Of a stretch of 64,000 bases of DNA, positions 1 to 7,048 are shown one piece after another. The stretch covers positions 9,782 through 73,781 of the forward strand of contig WAOK01000001.1 in assembly GCA_015521325.1 (NCBI GenBank). The letters are read 5' to 3'. A program made the position numbers and the translations under genes. The DNA comes from Desulfurococcales archaeon (GTDB lineage: Archaea; Thermoproteota; Thermoprotei_A; Sulfolobales; NBVN01). The notes beneath the pieces are model-generated. The model saw only the letters and a list, made by a program, of their open reading frames with translations, did no database searches and had not been told where the DNA came from. Position 1 is the first letter of the stretch, and every line of letters begins with the position of its first letter.

Positions 1-861
1 ATACCTGCTGCACACCTCGCACTCACAGGGGAGGTAGTCAAGATCCTCTATCCTGTAAGTGCCGTGCTCGGTCATGTACCTCCCTTCCCTGGCGTAGAGT
101 ATGTATGAGGCAGAGTCAAAGGAGTCTATCCCCAGAGCCACCATGATCGGTATGATCATCGGGTGCCCTCCCCCGAATAAGTGGACGGGCTTATCGAGCG
201 GCAGGATCGTTTTGGCTGTCGCAACCATCTCGGCAACCTTCCACATCTCGTATTTCTCCATCACCGTCACAGGCGACCCTATCGCGTACATGGAGTAGTT
301 GCGGAACTTCCAAGCTGCCTCAGCACTCCGCCTAACGAGGTCATAGTAAACGCCGCCCTGTATCGGGAGCACCCACACCCTCTCATCTCCCTCAATGAGT
401 TTGTCGGTGAACTCGGCCCTCTTTATGGTTTCCTCAACGCTCATCAAAGCCTCCTCATATGGGGCAGTGTCCTTAGTCGGTATGTCCGCTATTACCGCTA
501 TGTCGGAGCCGAGCCTCTTCTGGTATTCCACGATCTCCATTGGGTCTATCCTTATGCGGCCACCGCCGTAGATGAGGAGCTGGTACGCGCCGGAGTCAGT
601 CATCACGACGTTGTCGAAGCCAACGATCCCGTGCACCCCGCCGGGCGGGATGCGGTCGCCGAGCCTCTGCTTTATGATGAAGGAGTTCGTTATTACCTGC
701 TCGAACCCTATCTCCTTTATTTTCTGGATTATCCTCTCGTGGCCCTTCTTGAAGGGATTGACTACTGGGAAAAACGCGGGTGTTTCGATGGTTTTCCCGT
801 TTACGCTCAGCTTCCCTATCCTGGCGGCGAGGTCCTTGTCCTTTATCTCGAATGTGGGCAT
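1..861 (-). CDS. tgtA: tRNA-guanine(15) transglycosylase (archaeosine TGT), N-terminal ~287 aa; 3' end lies beyond window start
   Basis: Own translation of minus strand from ATG (CAT at 859-861): MPTFEIKDKDLAARIGKLSVNGKTIETPAFFPVVNP...DKPVHLFGGGHPMIIPIMVALGIDSFDSASY...DYLPCECEVCSRY. This colinear pattern matches what I remember of Pyrococcus ArcTGT. Absent from the ORF track because no stop falls inside the window. Confidence 0.85.
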   Translation of the reverse strand, partial: MPTFEIKDKDLAARIGKLSVNGKTIETPAFFPVVNPFKKGHERIIQKIKEIGFEQVITNSFIIKQRLGDRIPPGGVHGIVGFDNVVMTDSGAYQLLIYGGGRIRIDPMEIVEYQKRLGSDIAVIADIPTKDTAPYEEALMSVEETIKRAEFTDKLIEGDERVWVLPIQGGVYYDLVRRSAEAAWKFRNYSMYAIGSPVTVMEKYEMWKVAEMVATAKTILPLDKPVHLFGGGHPMIIPIMVALGIDSFDSASYILYAREGRYMTEHGTYRIEDLDYLPCECEVCSRY

Positions 862-862
862 A

Positions 863-1351
863 TCACTTTGTCCCAACTAGTTCCTTCTTCTTGTTCATAT
901 ACTCTACCCACAGGCTGTGTACTTGGTTCGCCAGCATTCCGGAGCCTTCGACACCGTCCTCGCTGACGATGATCCTTCCGCCAGCTATGGCTACCTTACC
1001 TATGTCGGCCAGCACGCGGACCTGCGTGGGCGGCAGCCTCATCCTCTGGATCACAAGCTCAGCGAACTCGTCCGGGTCAAAGAGCGGTATCTCCTCGAGT
1101 ACGACCTCTGTTATGTAGCGCCCGTTCACGAACACCAGCGGGAACACGTTTTCGCCTGACCTAGCCCCCTCAATTATCAGATGCGGGAATCCCTCCTCGA
1201 GGGAGAGCCCCACGAGCTTCCCGACGTACTCGTTCCCATTAACGAGCCTCACCCGGACCTTCTGCTCAACCATCGATGCGAACTTCACGTGAAGCCTCCT
1301 CTTCGCCTCGGCCATGCCCACGCTGCGCCTGCCAGAAATACCGTGGGACAT
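863..1351 (-). CDS. Sm-like (LSm) domain protein with C-terminal extension (SmAP3-like)
   Basis: ORF 863..1411. Sm-like core VRVRLVNGNEYVGKLVGLSLEE...HLIIEG...VFVNGRYI. Start uncertain (Met at 1411, 1351 or 1315); an AT-rich TATA-like element at ~1387-1400 favours an internal start. Stop abuts the tgtA start. Confidence 0.55.
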   Translation of the reverse strand: MSHGISGRRSVGMAEAKRRLHVKFASMVEQKVRVRLVNGNEYVGKLVGLSLEEGFPHLIIEGARSGENVFPLVFVNGRYITEVVLEEIPLFDPDEFAELVIQRMRLPPTQVRVLADIGKVAIAGGRIIVSEDGVEGSGMLANQVHSLWVEYMNKKKELVGTK

Positions 1352-1414
1352 CCTTGTGTGCACCCGCTTAATCTCTAGCAGAGTATCAAAAATTAATGTA
1401 TGTGTTCGCACAGC

Positions 1415-1876
1415 TCAGGCCTTAGTTACCCTGAAATAGACCTTCTCCATCACGGGAAACACTGTTAATATGTCCTCATCCGTGGTAACGGCCTCGAACA
1501 TGAACCCCCAGAAGGATGCGATCAGCTTAAAGAGCCTCGATCCCTTCTCTACCTCCTCAAGGTCACCCTCCACGAACTTCTCCTCGTTACTGGTCTCGGT
1601 CTGCTTAATGGTGGATTTCTTGAACACGACGTACCCCCACATCACGAGGTCCTCTCCCTCCTTAAAGCTCGGGCGCTCCTTGGTCAGCGTGACTCTGACT
1701 TTCTCTCCTTCCTTAAAGGGTAGGAGCTCGTCCTTTACGTCGAAGTAGACGGCGATCGGGTGGCCCTTAGGCGTCTTGCCCTTAACCCTCGCTATTACTA
1801 TTGTTGGGATCCTCGACGCCTTAACCTCGAGCTTCCCCGTGACCTCGAGTTTTCCCGCACTTATTTCTGCAGTCAT
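1415..1876 (-). CDS. rpo8: DNA-directed RNA polymerase subunit Rpo8 (RpoG), tentative
   Basis: 153 aa. Segments FDVKDELLPFKEGEKVRVTLTKERPSF..VMWGYVV and C-terminal LIASFWGFMFEAV...MEKVYFRVTKA resemble the Sulfolobus Rpo8 pattern as I recall it (..GHGYIV.., ..HVYFCVKK end). TATA TTTTTATATA sits 29-38 nt upstream. Confidence 0.55.
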   Translation of the reverse strand: MTAEISAGKLEVTGKLEVKASRIPTIVIARVKGKTPKGHPIAVYFDVKDELLPFKEGEKVRVTLTKERPSFKEGEDLVMWGYVVFKKSTIKQTETSNEEKFVEGDLEEVEKGSRLFKLIASFWGFMFEAVTTDEDILTVFPVMEKVYFRVTKA

Positions 1877-1904
1877 TCCAGCCCCCGTTACGGTGTCAAG
1901 GCCC

Positions 1905-1914
1905 TTTTTATATA
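1905..1914. promoter_or_regulatory. Symmetric TATA element in divergent intergenic region (rpo8 leftward, 1970/2197 ORFs rightward)
   Basis: TTTTTATATA at 1905-1914, 29-38 nt from the rpo8 ATG (1876). Confidence 0.4.
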
Positions 1915-1969
1915 CGTGAGCACTCAGTGGGGAACCCTGCTAGGACTAGGTGAGAAAAAGAGAGTATGC

Positions 1970-2212
1970 TTGTCCATTGTCTCAGAAGAGCATCAGGAAA
2001 TCATAGATATCAGCGATGTCTTGAGGGCATGGCTTAAGGCATGCGATGGTGGTGAAGTAACTATCATATACACGGTCTCTAGGCGAAGAAGAGCGAACAC
2101 GATAATGATGACGTATAATGGGAGTGTCGACTGTGCAGCGATCATGGAGGGCCTCCTGAAATCGTTCATTGACGGTGTGTCCGTGAGGAGGGTGAGGTGC
2201 CCTTTAGGATAA
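1970..2212 (+). CDS. hypothetical small ORF (about 80 codons from TTG 1970) overlapping the start of the HerA-like ATPase gene
   Basis: In-frame TTG inside track ORF 1760..2212; stop 2210-2212 overlaps GTG 2197 of the next ORF by 16 nt. No recognisable motif. Could be a partner protein or the displaced N-terminus of the ATPase. Confidence 0.25.
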   Translation: MSIVSEEHQEIIDISDVLRAWLKACDGGEVTIIYTVSRRRRANTIMMTYNGSVDCAAIMEGLLKSFIDGVSVRRVRCPLG

Positions 2213-3315
2213 AGCATGGGCTGCGCTGGAGCTCACCCGATATAAAGGCAGTGATTCCGGCACAGAGTATGCGGGGAGCTGGTGAATGCGTACCTCTAGG
2301 GACGCCTGTAGATCCCCTCCACCGCGTGCCGTGTCCCACACCGGAAGACTTCATGCGGCACGCGGTGGTTCTCGGCTCCACTGGTTCCGGCAAATCGAAC
2401 ACGGCGTCATATCTGGCGAGGGAGCTGAGCAGGTATGCTTCCGTGGTGATAATAGACTGGTATGGAGAGCACGTCGATGAGGGTGACGTAATAATAGATC
2501 CCGCAGCTGGTGACCCCGTGCCAATGCCTGCCGATAAGGTGTCGATACTTGAACTCTTAGAGGAGGTACTAGATCTTTCTCCTCCCCAGTCCTACGTGCT
2601 GATGAAGGTGCTAAGGGACGGTATAGGGCTAGAGCAACTAGTGAAGGAGGTCGAGTACCTCACCCCCGAGGGTAGGTGGGAGAATGAGTCGAGACTCGCA
2701 CTAATTCGGAGGCTCTCACCGCTCGCGTACTCCAATATAAGAAGCGTTACGGGTGACTGGGCTAACACAGCCCTAGGTAACGGGCTTGTGTCAGTGCTCG
2801 ACCTATCCCGAATTCACCCTCTATCCTCTAGAAGACTTGTCGCCCTCTCCATGCTGAGGTACCTTGAGACCGCGGCGTCTCCAAGAAGAAAGGTGTTTGT
2901 GATAGTTGAGGAGGCTCAGAACCTCGTTAAGGCTAACGGCCTCATCGCTAGACAGGTCGCTGAGGTGAGGAAGAAGGGCTTGGGCATAGTGCTGGTTACT
3001 CAATCACCGTCTAAACTGGGCGAGGACATACTCTTAAACATCAACGTGAGGATAATGCACTCACTCAGGTCCTGGGCAGATATAGAGGTAATGGCTAGGT
3101 CATCGGCGCTGGGTAGTGAGGCTTACAGGGTGCTCCCTAAGCTGAGGGTGGGGGAGGCCCTCGTCGAGTACCATACGCTCCCGCACCCCCTACTCGTCAG
3201 GTTCCCCAGGGTTCTCAAGCTTGGCGAGGGAGGAGAGCACGGACTCGACGACACTAGGATCAGAGAGCCAGTCGATGCCAAGGAGGCATTCCCTCTCCCC
3301 GGCAAGCATCATTAA
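2197..3315 (+). CDS. HerA/FtsK-like P-loop ATPase (DUF87-type)
   Basis: Walker A AVVLGSTGSGKSNT and Walker B-like KVFVIVEEAQNL, then GLGIVLVTQSPSKL, typical of HerA/DUF87 ATPases. Only ~55 aa precede the P-loop. Confidence 0.7.
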   Translation: MPFRIKHGLRWSSPDIKAVIPAQSMRGAGECVPLGTPVDPLHRVPCPTPEDFMRHAVVLGSTGSGKSNTASYLARELSRYASVVIIDWYGEHVDEGDVIIDPAAGDPVPMPADKVSILELLEEVLDLSPPQSYVLMKVLRDGIGLEQLVKEVEYLTPEGRWENESRLALIRRLSPLAYSNIRSVTGDWANTALGNGLVSVLDLSRIHPLSSRRLVALSMLRYLETAASPRRKVFVIVEEAQNLVKANGLIARQVAEVRKKGLGIVLVTQSPSKLGEDILLNINVRIMHSLRSWADIEVMARSSALGSEAYRVLPKLRVGEALVEYHTLPHPLLVRFPRVLKLGEGGEHGLDDTRIREPVDAKEAFPLPGKHH

Positions 3316-3831
3316 TATTTCCTCAGCAACCTTATCAGGGGTCTTCCCGGTCGTGTCGACCTCGCAGACCTTCTCCCTAGGGTGTTCATCTAGAGCGTTG
3401 GCAGTGCATACACCGAGGAGTTCGGCCTCGACATTCTCCGCCACCTTACGGGGATGCCATCCCCTCTTAAGGAGCCTCTCAAGAAGGATGTCGGGACGAA
3501 GACGGAGAACGAACAGTTTCAAGAGTATGTCATCATCAATGATCTCACCATAATGACTGTCCACTATCAGAGGTCCTTCCGATGCCTTCCTACGCACCCA
3601 GGCGCGCACGGCGTCCTCGTCTATGACGTAGGTGCCCCTTTCCCTATCCTCTTCAAGAACAAGGCCGTGCTTTAGTGCCTCCTCGCTAAGGTCTACTTTC
3701 TCCCACCCAAGCATCTCGGAGAGTCTAGCGGCGATGGTGCTCTTCCCGGTGCCGGGTACCCCGCTGACAACGACTACGCAGCCTCTTCTGCAGAGTTTTT
3801 TCAAGCGTTGCGCTACCCCGTCAACGCGCAA
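3190..3831 (-). CDS. fap7: adenylate kinase isoenzyme 6 / Fap7-type NTPase (ribosome biogenesis)
   Basis: P-loop VVVSGVPGTGKSTIA near the N-terminus, small-kinase size, ...VDSHYGEII..., LRLRPDILLERLLKRGW. Matches the archaeal Fap7/AK6 pattern. Confidence 0.7.
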   Translation of the reverse strand: MRVDGVAQRLKKLCRRGCVVVVSGVPGTGKSTIAARLSEMLGWEKVDLSEEALKHGLVLEEDRERGTYVIDEDAVRAWVRRKASEGPLIVDSHYGEIIDDDILLKLFVLRLRPDILLERLLKRGWHPRKVAENVEAELLGVCTANALDEHPREKVCEVDTTGKTPDKVAEEILMMLAGERECLLGIDWLSDPSVVESVLSSLAKLENPGEPDE

Positions 3832-3901
3832 CTCCGCGACCTAAGGTTAGGTTGGAGTGAAGCAGGAAATAAGGGCTGGTATCTCGTGTTGGCCTAAAAA
3901 C

Positions 3902-5551
3902 TTACTCCTCCTCTTCGGAGGTGCCCTTCTTGCCCTTCTCCTCCTCTTCCTCCTTGGTTCTGCTGGCGGCGATGACGTCGTCGATCCTCAGTATCAGTGT
4001 GGCTGCCTCGGTGCCAGCCTTGAGAGCGTTCTTCTTAACGGCTAACGGCTCGATGACGCCCAGCTCCTCCATGTTAGCGATCTCGCCAGTGAACACGTTC
4101 ACGCCAAACTTGTGGCCGTCGGGCTGGTTGTGGGCCTTCCTCAGCTCAGAGAGCTTCTCGACTGGGTCGAGGCCGGCGTTCTCGATCAGCGCAGATATTA
4201 CGCCCTCCAGCGCCTTAGCAAAGGCCTCCACGGCTAGCTGCTCCTTGCCGCCGACACTCGGGGCGAACTCCCTCAACCTCTTAGCGATCTCGGCCTCGAA
4301 AGCGCCGCCACCGTACACGATCTTCGGCAGCTTGATCACGTCGGCGACCACGCTGAGGGCGTCCCTCAGGGACCTCTCGGCCTCGTCGACAACCCTCTCC
4401 AGGCCGCCTCTCACCAGTATCGAGACGGCCTTCGGGTTCTTGGTGCCCTCGATGAACACCATCTTGTCGCCGCCGACTTTCCTCTCCTCGACTAGCTCTG
4501 CGTAGCCTAGGTCGTTCTCAGTTAGGTCCTCGATGTTAGTCACGATCTTCCCTCCGGTTGCTCTCTCTAGTTTCTCCATGTCTGATCTCTTTACTCTCCT
4601 TACTGCTAGTATGCCCTTCTTTGCTAGGAAGTGCTGAGCAACATCATCAATACCCTTCTGACAAATCACAACATTAGCACCAACAGAAGCAATCTTCTCG
4701 ACGAGGTCCCTCAGTATGTTCTCCTTCTCCTCGATGAACCTCCTCATTAGGGTCGGGTCACTGATTCTTATCTCGGCATCAATCTCGGTCTTCTCGACCT
4801 CGAGAGGTGCGTCGATGAGGGCTATCTTAGCGTCCTTGACAGACCTCGGCATGCTCGGGTGCACGACCTCCTTGTCGAGGACGATGCCATAGATCAGCTT
4901 AGTGTCGGCCAGGGAGCCGCCGTGCTTCTTGATTATCTGTATGTTATCCAGGTCGACGAAGATCTCGCCGTTCTCCTCCCTCACGATCTGCTTGACGGCC
5001 TTGACGGCGATCTCGGCCAGGTGTTCCCTGACGCCGTGTACTGCCTTGCTGGTGAGGGCTGTGGAGGCGATCTTCTTCATAGTCTCGATGTCCTCGGTGT
5101 CGATGTCCTTCGCTATCTCATCAGCGAACTTGAGCGCCTGCTCGAGCGCGATCTTGTAGCCGTTGATTATGACTGTCGGATGCACATCCTTCTCTAGAAG
5201 CTCGCTCGCCGCCTTGAGGAGCTCGCCAGCAAAGATCACAGAGGTCTTGGTGCCGTCACCGACCTCGTCGTCCTGGCCCTTAGCTATCTGGACGAGCATC
5301 TTCGCGGCAGGGTGCTGCACCTCCATCTTGTCGAGGATCGTGGCACCGTCGTTGGTGATCGTTACCTCGCCCAAGACATCGACGAGCATCTTGTCCATGC
5401 CCTTCGGGCCGTAGGTCGTCCTAAGCATCTCCGCGAGCGCTATGGCGGCGGTCATGTTGGACCTGAGGGCCTCAGAACCGTAGGTTCTCGAGGAACCCTC
5501 CTTGAGTATCAGCACAGGTATCCCTGCAGTGGGTGGGACTGCTTTGCTCAT
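3902..5551 (-). CDS. ths: thermosome subunit (group II chaperonin)
   Basis: 549 aa with [33 protein letters not shown] and an acidic EEEE tail. Unmistakable CCT/thermosome family. Confidence 0.95.
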   Translation of the reverse strand: MSKAVPPTAGIPVLILKEGSSRTYGSEALRSNMTAAIALAEMLRTTYGPKGMDKMLVDVLGEVTITNDGATILDKMEVQHPAAKMLVQIAKGQDDEVGDGTKTSVIFAGELLKAASELLEKDVHPTVIINGYKIALEQALKFADEIAKDIDTEDIETMKKIASTALTSKAVHGVREHLAEIAVKAVKQIVREENGEIFVDLDNIQIIKKHGGSLADTKLIYGIVLDKEVVHPSMPRSVKDAKIALIDAPLEVEKTEIDAEIRISDPTLMRRFIEEKENILRDLVEKIASVGANVVICQKGIDDVAQHFLAKKGILAVRRVKRSDMEKLERATGGKIVTNIEDLTENDLGYAELVEERKVGGDKMVFIEGTKNPKAVSILVRGGLERVVDEAERSLRDALSVVADVIKLPKIVYGGGAFEAEIAKRLREFAPSVGGKEQLAVEAFAKALEGVISALIENAGLDPVEKLSELRKAHNQPDGHKFGVNVFTGEIANMEELGVIEPLAVKKNALKAGTEAATLILRIDDVIAASRTKEEEEEKGKKGTSEEEE

Positions 5552-5564
5552 AGCCCTATCCCTT

Positions 5565-5599
5565 GATGACTAGGTCATCGTCTTCTATATAAGCTTTTC
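5565..5599 (-). promoter_or_regulatory. thermosome promoter: BRE/TATA (GAAAAGC-TTATATA on minus strand, 5586-5599) followed by perfect palindrome GATGAC-nnn-GTCATC (5565-5579) over the expected transcription start
   Basis: Read directly. TATA centre lies ~38 nt upstream of ATG 5551. The palindrome lies between the TATA and the ATG. Confidence 0.45.
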
Positions 5600-5664
5600 A
5601 CGCCGCCGCCCCAGGCAAATCCTATAAATAACCCACACCCCCAATCAAGGTGGTGCAGGGAAGC

Positions 5665-5892
5665 ATGGGCAAGGTAAGGATAGCGCTGGTCAAGAGAACC
5701 GCGAGGAAGCTCCTCGAGCTCTACCCCCACGAAGTCAGTACAGACTTCGAGAAAAATAAGGAACTCGTGAATAAGTACGTGTACCTGAAGTCCAAGAAGC
5801 TCAGGAACCAGATAGCCGGGTACCTCACACACCTTGCTAAGCTGAGGGCCAGGGAGCTCCAGAGAGAGGCAGGTACTGAGGCAGAGGCTTGA
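5665..5892 (+). CDS. rps17e: 30S ribosomal protein S17e
   Basis: MGKVRIALVKRTARKLLELYPHEVSTDFEKNKELV...KKLRNQIAGYLTHL is the eS17 signature. TATAAATA at 5623-5630 and GGTGGTG (SD-like) lie upstream. Confidence 0.85.
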   Translation: MGKVRIALVKRTARKLLELYPHEVSTDFEKNKELVNKYVYLKSKKLRNQIAGYLTHLAKLRARELQREAGTEAEA

Positions 5893-6176
5893 GAACCATA
5901 AAGGTCAAGGTCAAGCTTCTCGGTCATCTAGCAACCGAGTACGGCTCGAGCGAGCTTGTCCTCGAGCTCCCCGAGGGCTCGACCCTAAGGCAGCTGTTGA
6001 TCAGGCTTAGGGAGCTCTCACAGGTCTTCCGCGACGTCGTAACGGAAGAAGGTGAGACAACTGTCTCGTACCTAGTCTTCATCAACGGTGTAGACGCTGA
6101 ACTTCTAGAGGGGTACGACACGGTCTTAAACGACGGCTCGGAGATACTGCTCCTCCCGGTCGCACACGGGGGCTAG
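5889..6176 (+). CDS. ThiS/MoaD-fold ubiquitin-like small protein ending in Gly-Gly (SAMP/Urm1-like)
   Basis: 95 aa, MRTIKVKVKLLGHL...INGVDAE...DGSEILLLPVAHGG-stop. TTG start overlaps the S17e stop. Confidence 0.7.
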   Translation: MRTIKVKVKLLGHLATEYGSSELVLELPEGSTLRQLLIRLRELSQVFRDVVTEEGETTVSYLVFINGVDAELLEGYDTVLNDGSEILLLPVAHGG

Positions 6177-6180
6177 GCAA

Positions 6181-6651
6181 ATGGCGGTAGATAAGGCTGT
6201 GAGGGAGGTCCTTCGTGTGGTTGAAGAAGTCGAGAACATAGATGACCTACTATGCAGGCTCAAAGCACCCAATACAAAGGTGGTTCTAGAGAGGCTCGAT
6301 TTACCGGAGAGGTGCATCGCTGTCCTTGTGCCAGCGAGACTCTTCACTGGCCCAAGGCACCTCAGACTCACCGCCTACCTCACAGAAGTCGCGTGGTCCG
6401 AGGGCAGTGCCATAGCTAGGAAAAAGGAGGTCGAGTTCATGCTCACGTACCTTGCCACTAGGCAAATAAGGGAGGCCTTGAATGTGTTCAGGCCCGAGGG
6501 CGTTGATGCTGTTCTATATATATGGTGTGTCGGCGACGTTGCCGACGTCTCTGAAATCAGCTGGTGCCTTCCTCCGCCGGAGCCCGATCATGAAGCCGAG
6601 CTTGAGGCGATTGAGAGAACGGCTCTCTTCTGGGCAGAGCAGCACAGATGA
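6181..6651 (+). CDS. cgi121: KEOPS complex subunit Cgi121 (tentative)
   Basis: 156 aa. ARKKEVEFMLTYLATRQIREALNVF resembles the Cgi121 motif (..MEILvrasGqrQI.eAi..). Size fits. Confidence 0.5.
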   Translation: MAVDKAVREVLRVVEEVENIDDLLCRLKAPNTKVVLERLDLPERCIAVLVPARLFTGPRHLRLTAYLTEVAWSEGSAIARKKEVEFMLTYLATRQIREALNVFRPEGVDAVLYIWCVGDVADVSEISWCLPPPEPDHEAELEAIERTALFWAEQHR

Positions 6652-6714
6652 GTCTCACGTACCACACTCCTTAAATCCCTGTTTCGAGAACTCGTTAATG
6701 GCGGGGGACGCGCC

Positions 6715-6813
6715 ATGTCGTTCGAAGAGGAAGAGTGGTGGGAGGAGGAAGAAGAGGAAGAAGAGTGGTGGGAAGAGGAGGAGTGGTGGGAAGAAGAGGA
6801 AGAAGAATGGTGA
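6715..6813 (+). CDS. candidate micro-ORF, 32 aa Glu/Trp peptide MSFEEEEWWEEEEEEEEWWEEEEWWEEEEEEW (alternative reading: 57-aa Lys/Arg-rich ORF 6698..6871)
   Basis: Own translation. The ATG and TGA bracket the repeat exactly. TTAAAT at 6671-6676 lies upstream. Coding status and frame are unresolved. Confidence 0.3.
   Translation: MSFEEEEWWEEEEEEEEWWEEEEWWEEEEEEW
6721..6813. repeat. purine-rich GAR triplet tract punctuated by GAGTGGTGGGA (x3) and terminal GAATGGTGA
   Basis: Read directly from sequence lines 6721-6813. Confidence 0.8.
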
Positions 6814-7048
6814 CACCTCTCCGAAACCAGCACTATGTTTTTACTTTACTAATTATTTACCAGCTACCTAACCCAAACAGATGGTAGGGGGGACACGTCC
6901 TCAACCCCAATATTTAAGGGTCAGGGAGATGTTTCTCTTCATCGCTGACGCTCTAAGCCGTCACCACTCATCATTCACTACCGTGCTCGATACGTAGGTA
7001 ATGAACGTTATTATGGCTGACCACCTCATCAACTCCTAGGGTTGGGGA

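Noticed and set aside
181-966. 261-aa plus-strand ORF (and 572..880, 780..1118) covering the first kilobase
   Set aside because: It lies antisense to a minus-strand reading frame that translates into an unmistakable archaeosine TGT. The plus-strand products are His/Arg/Leu/Pro-rich with no motifs, so these are shadow ORFs.
2105-2159. AUGAUGA ... CUGA pair on the plus strand resembling C and D boxes
   Set aside because: There are no D'/C' boxes at the required 12-nt spacing, and it lies inside a coding frame. Similar partial hits at 28393..28415 (ksgA 5' end) and 35036..35057 (antisense in srp54: C box + 11 nt + CUGA but no C'/D) were also dismissed as chance.
3921-5566. Several 80-190-aa plus-strand ORFs inside the thermosome locus
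   Set aside because: Ser/Ala/Thr/Leu-rich antisense shadows of a high-confidence chaperonin gene. The same reasoning applies to the long antisense ORFs within aor (12398..12979), srp54 (35070..35657), iorA (60279..60746) and nnr (57579..57980).
6588-6833. Minus-strand 81-aa ORF with Ser/His runs across the GA-rich repeat
   Set aside because: It is the complement reading of the purine tract. There is no promoter-like element on that side, and it runs into the cgi121 3' end. I kept only the two plus-strand readings as candidates.
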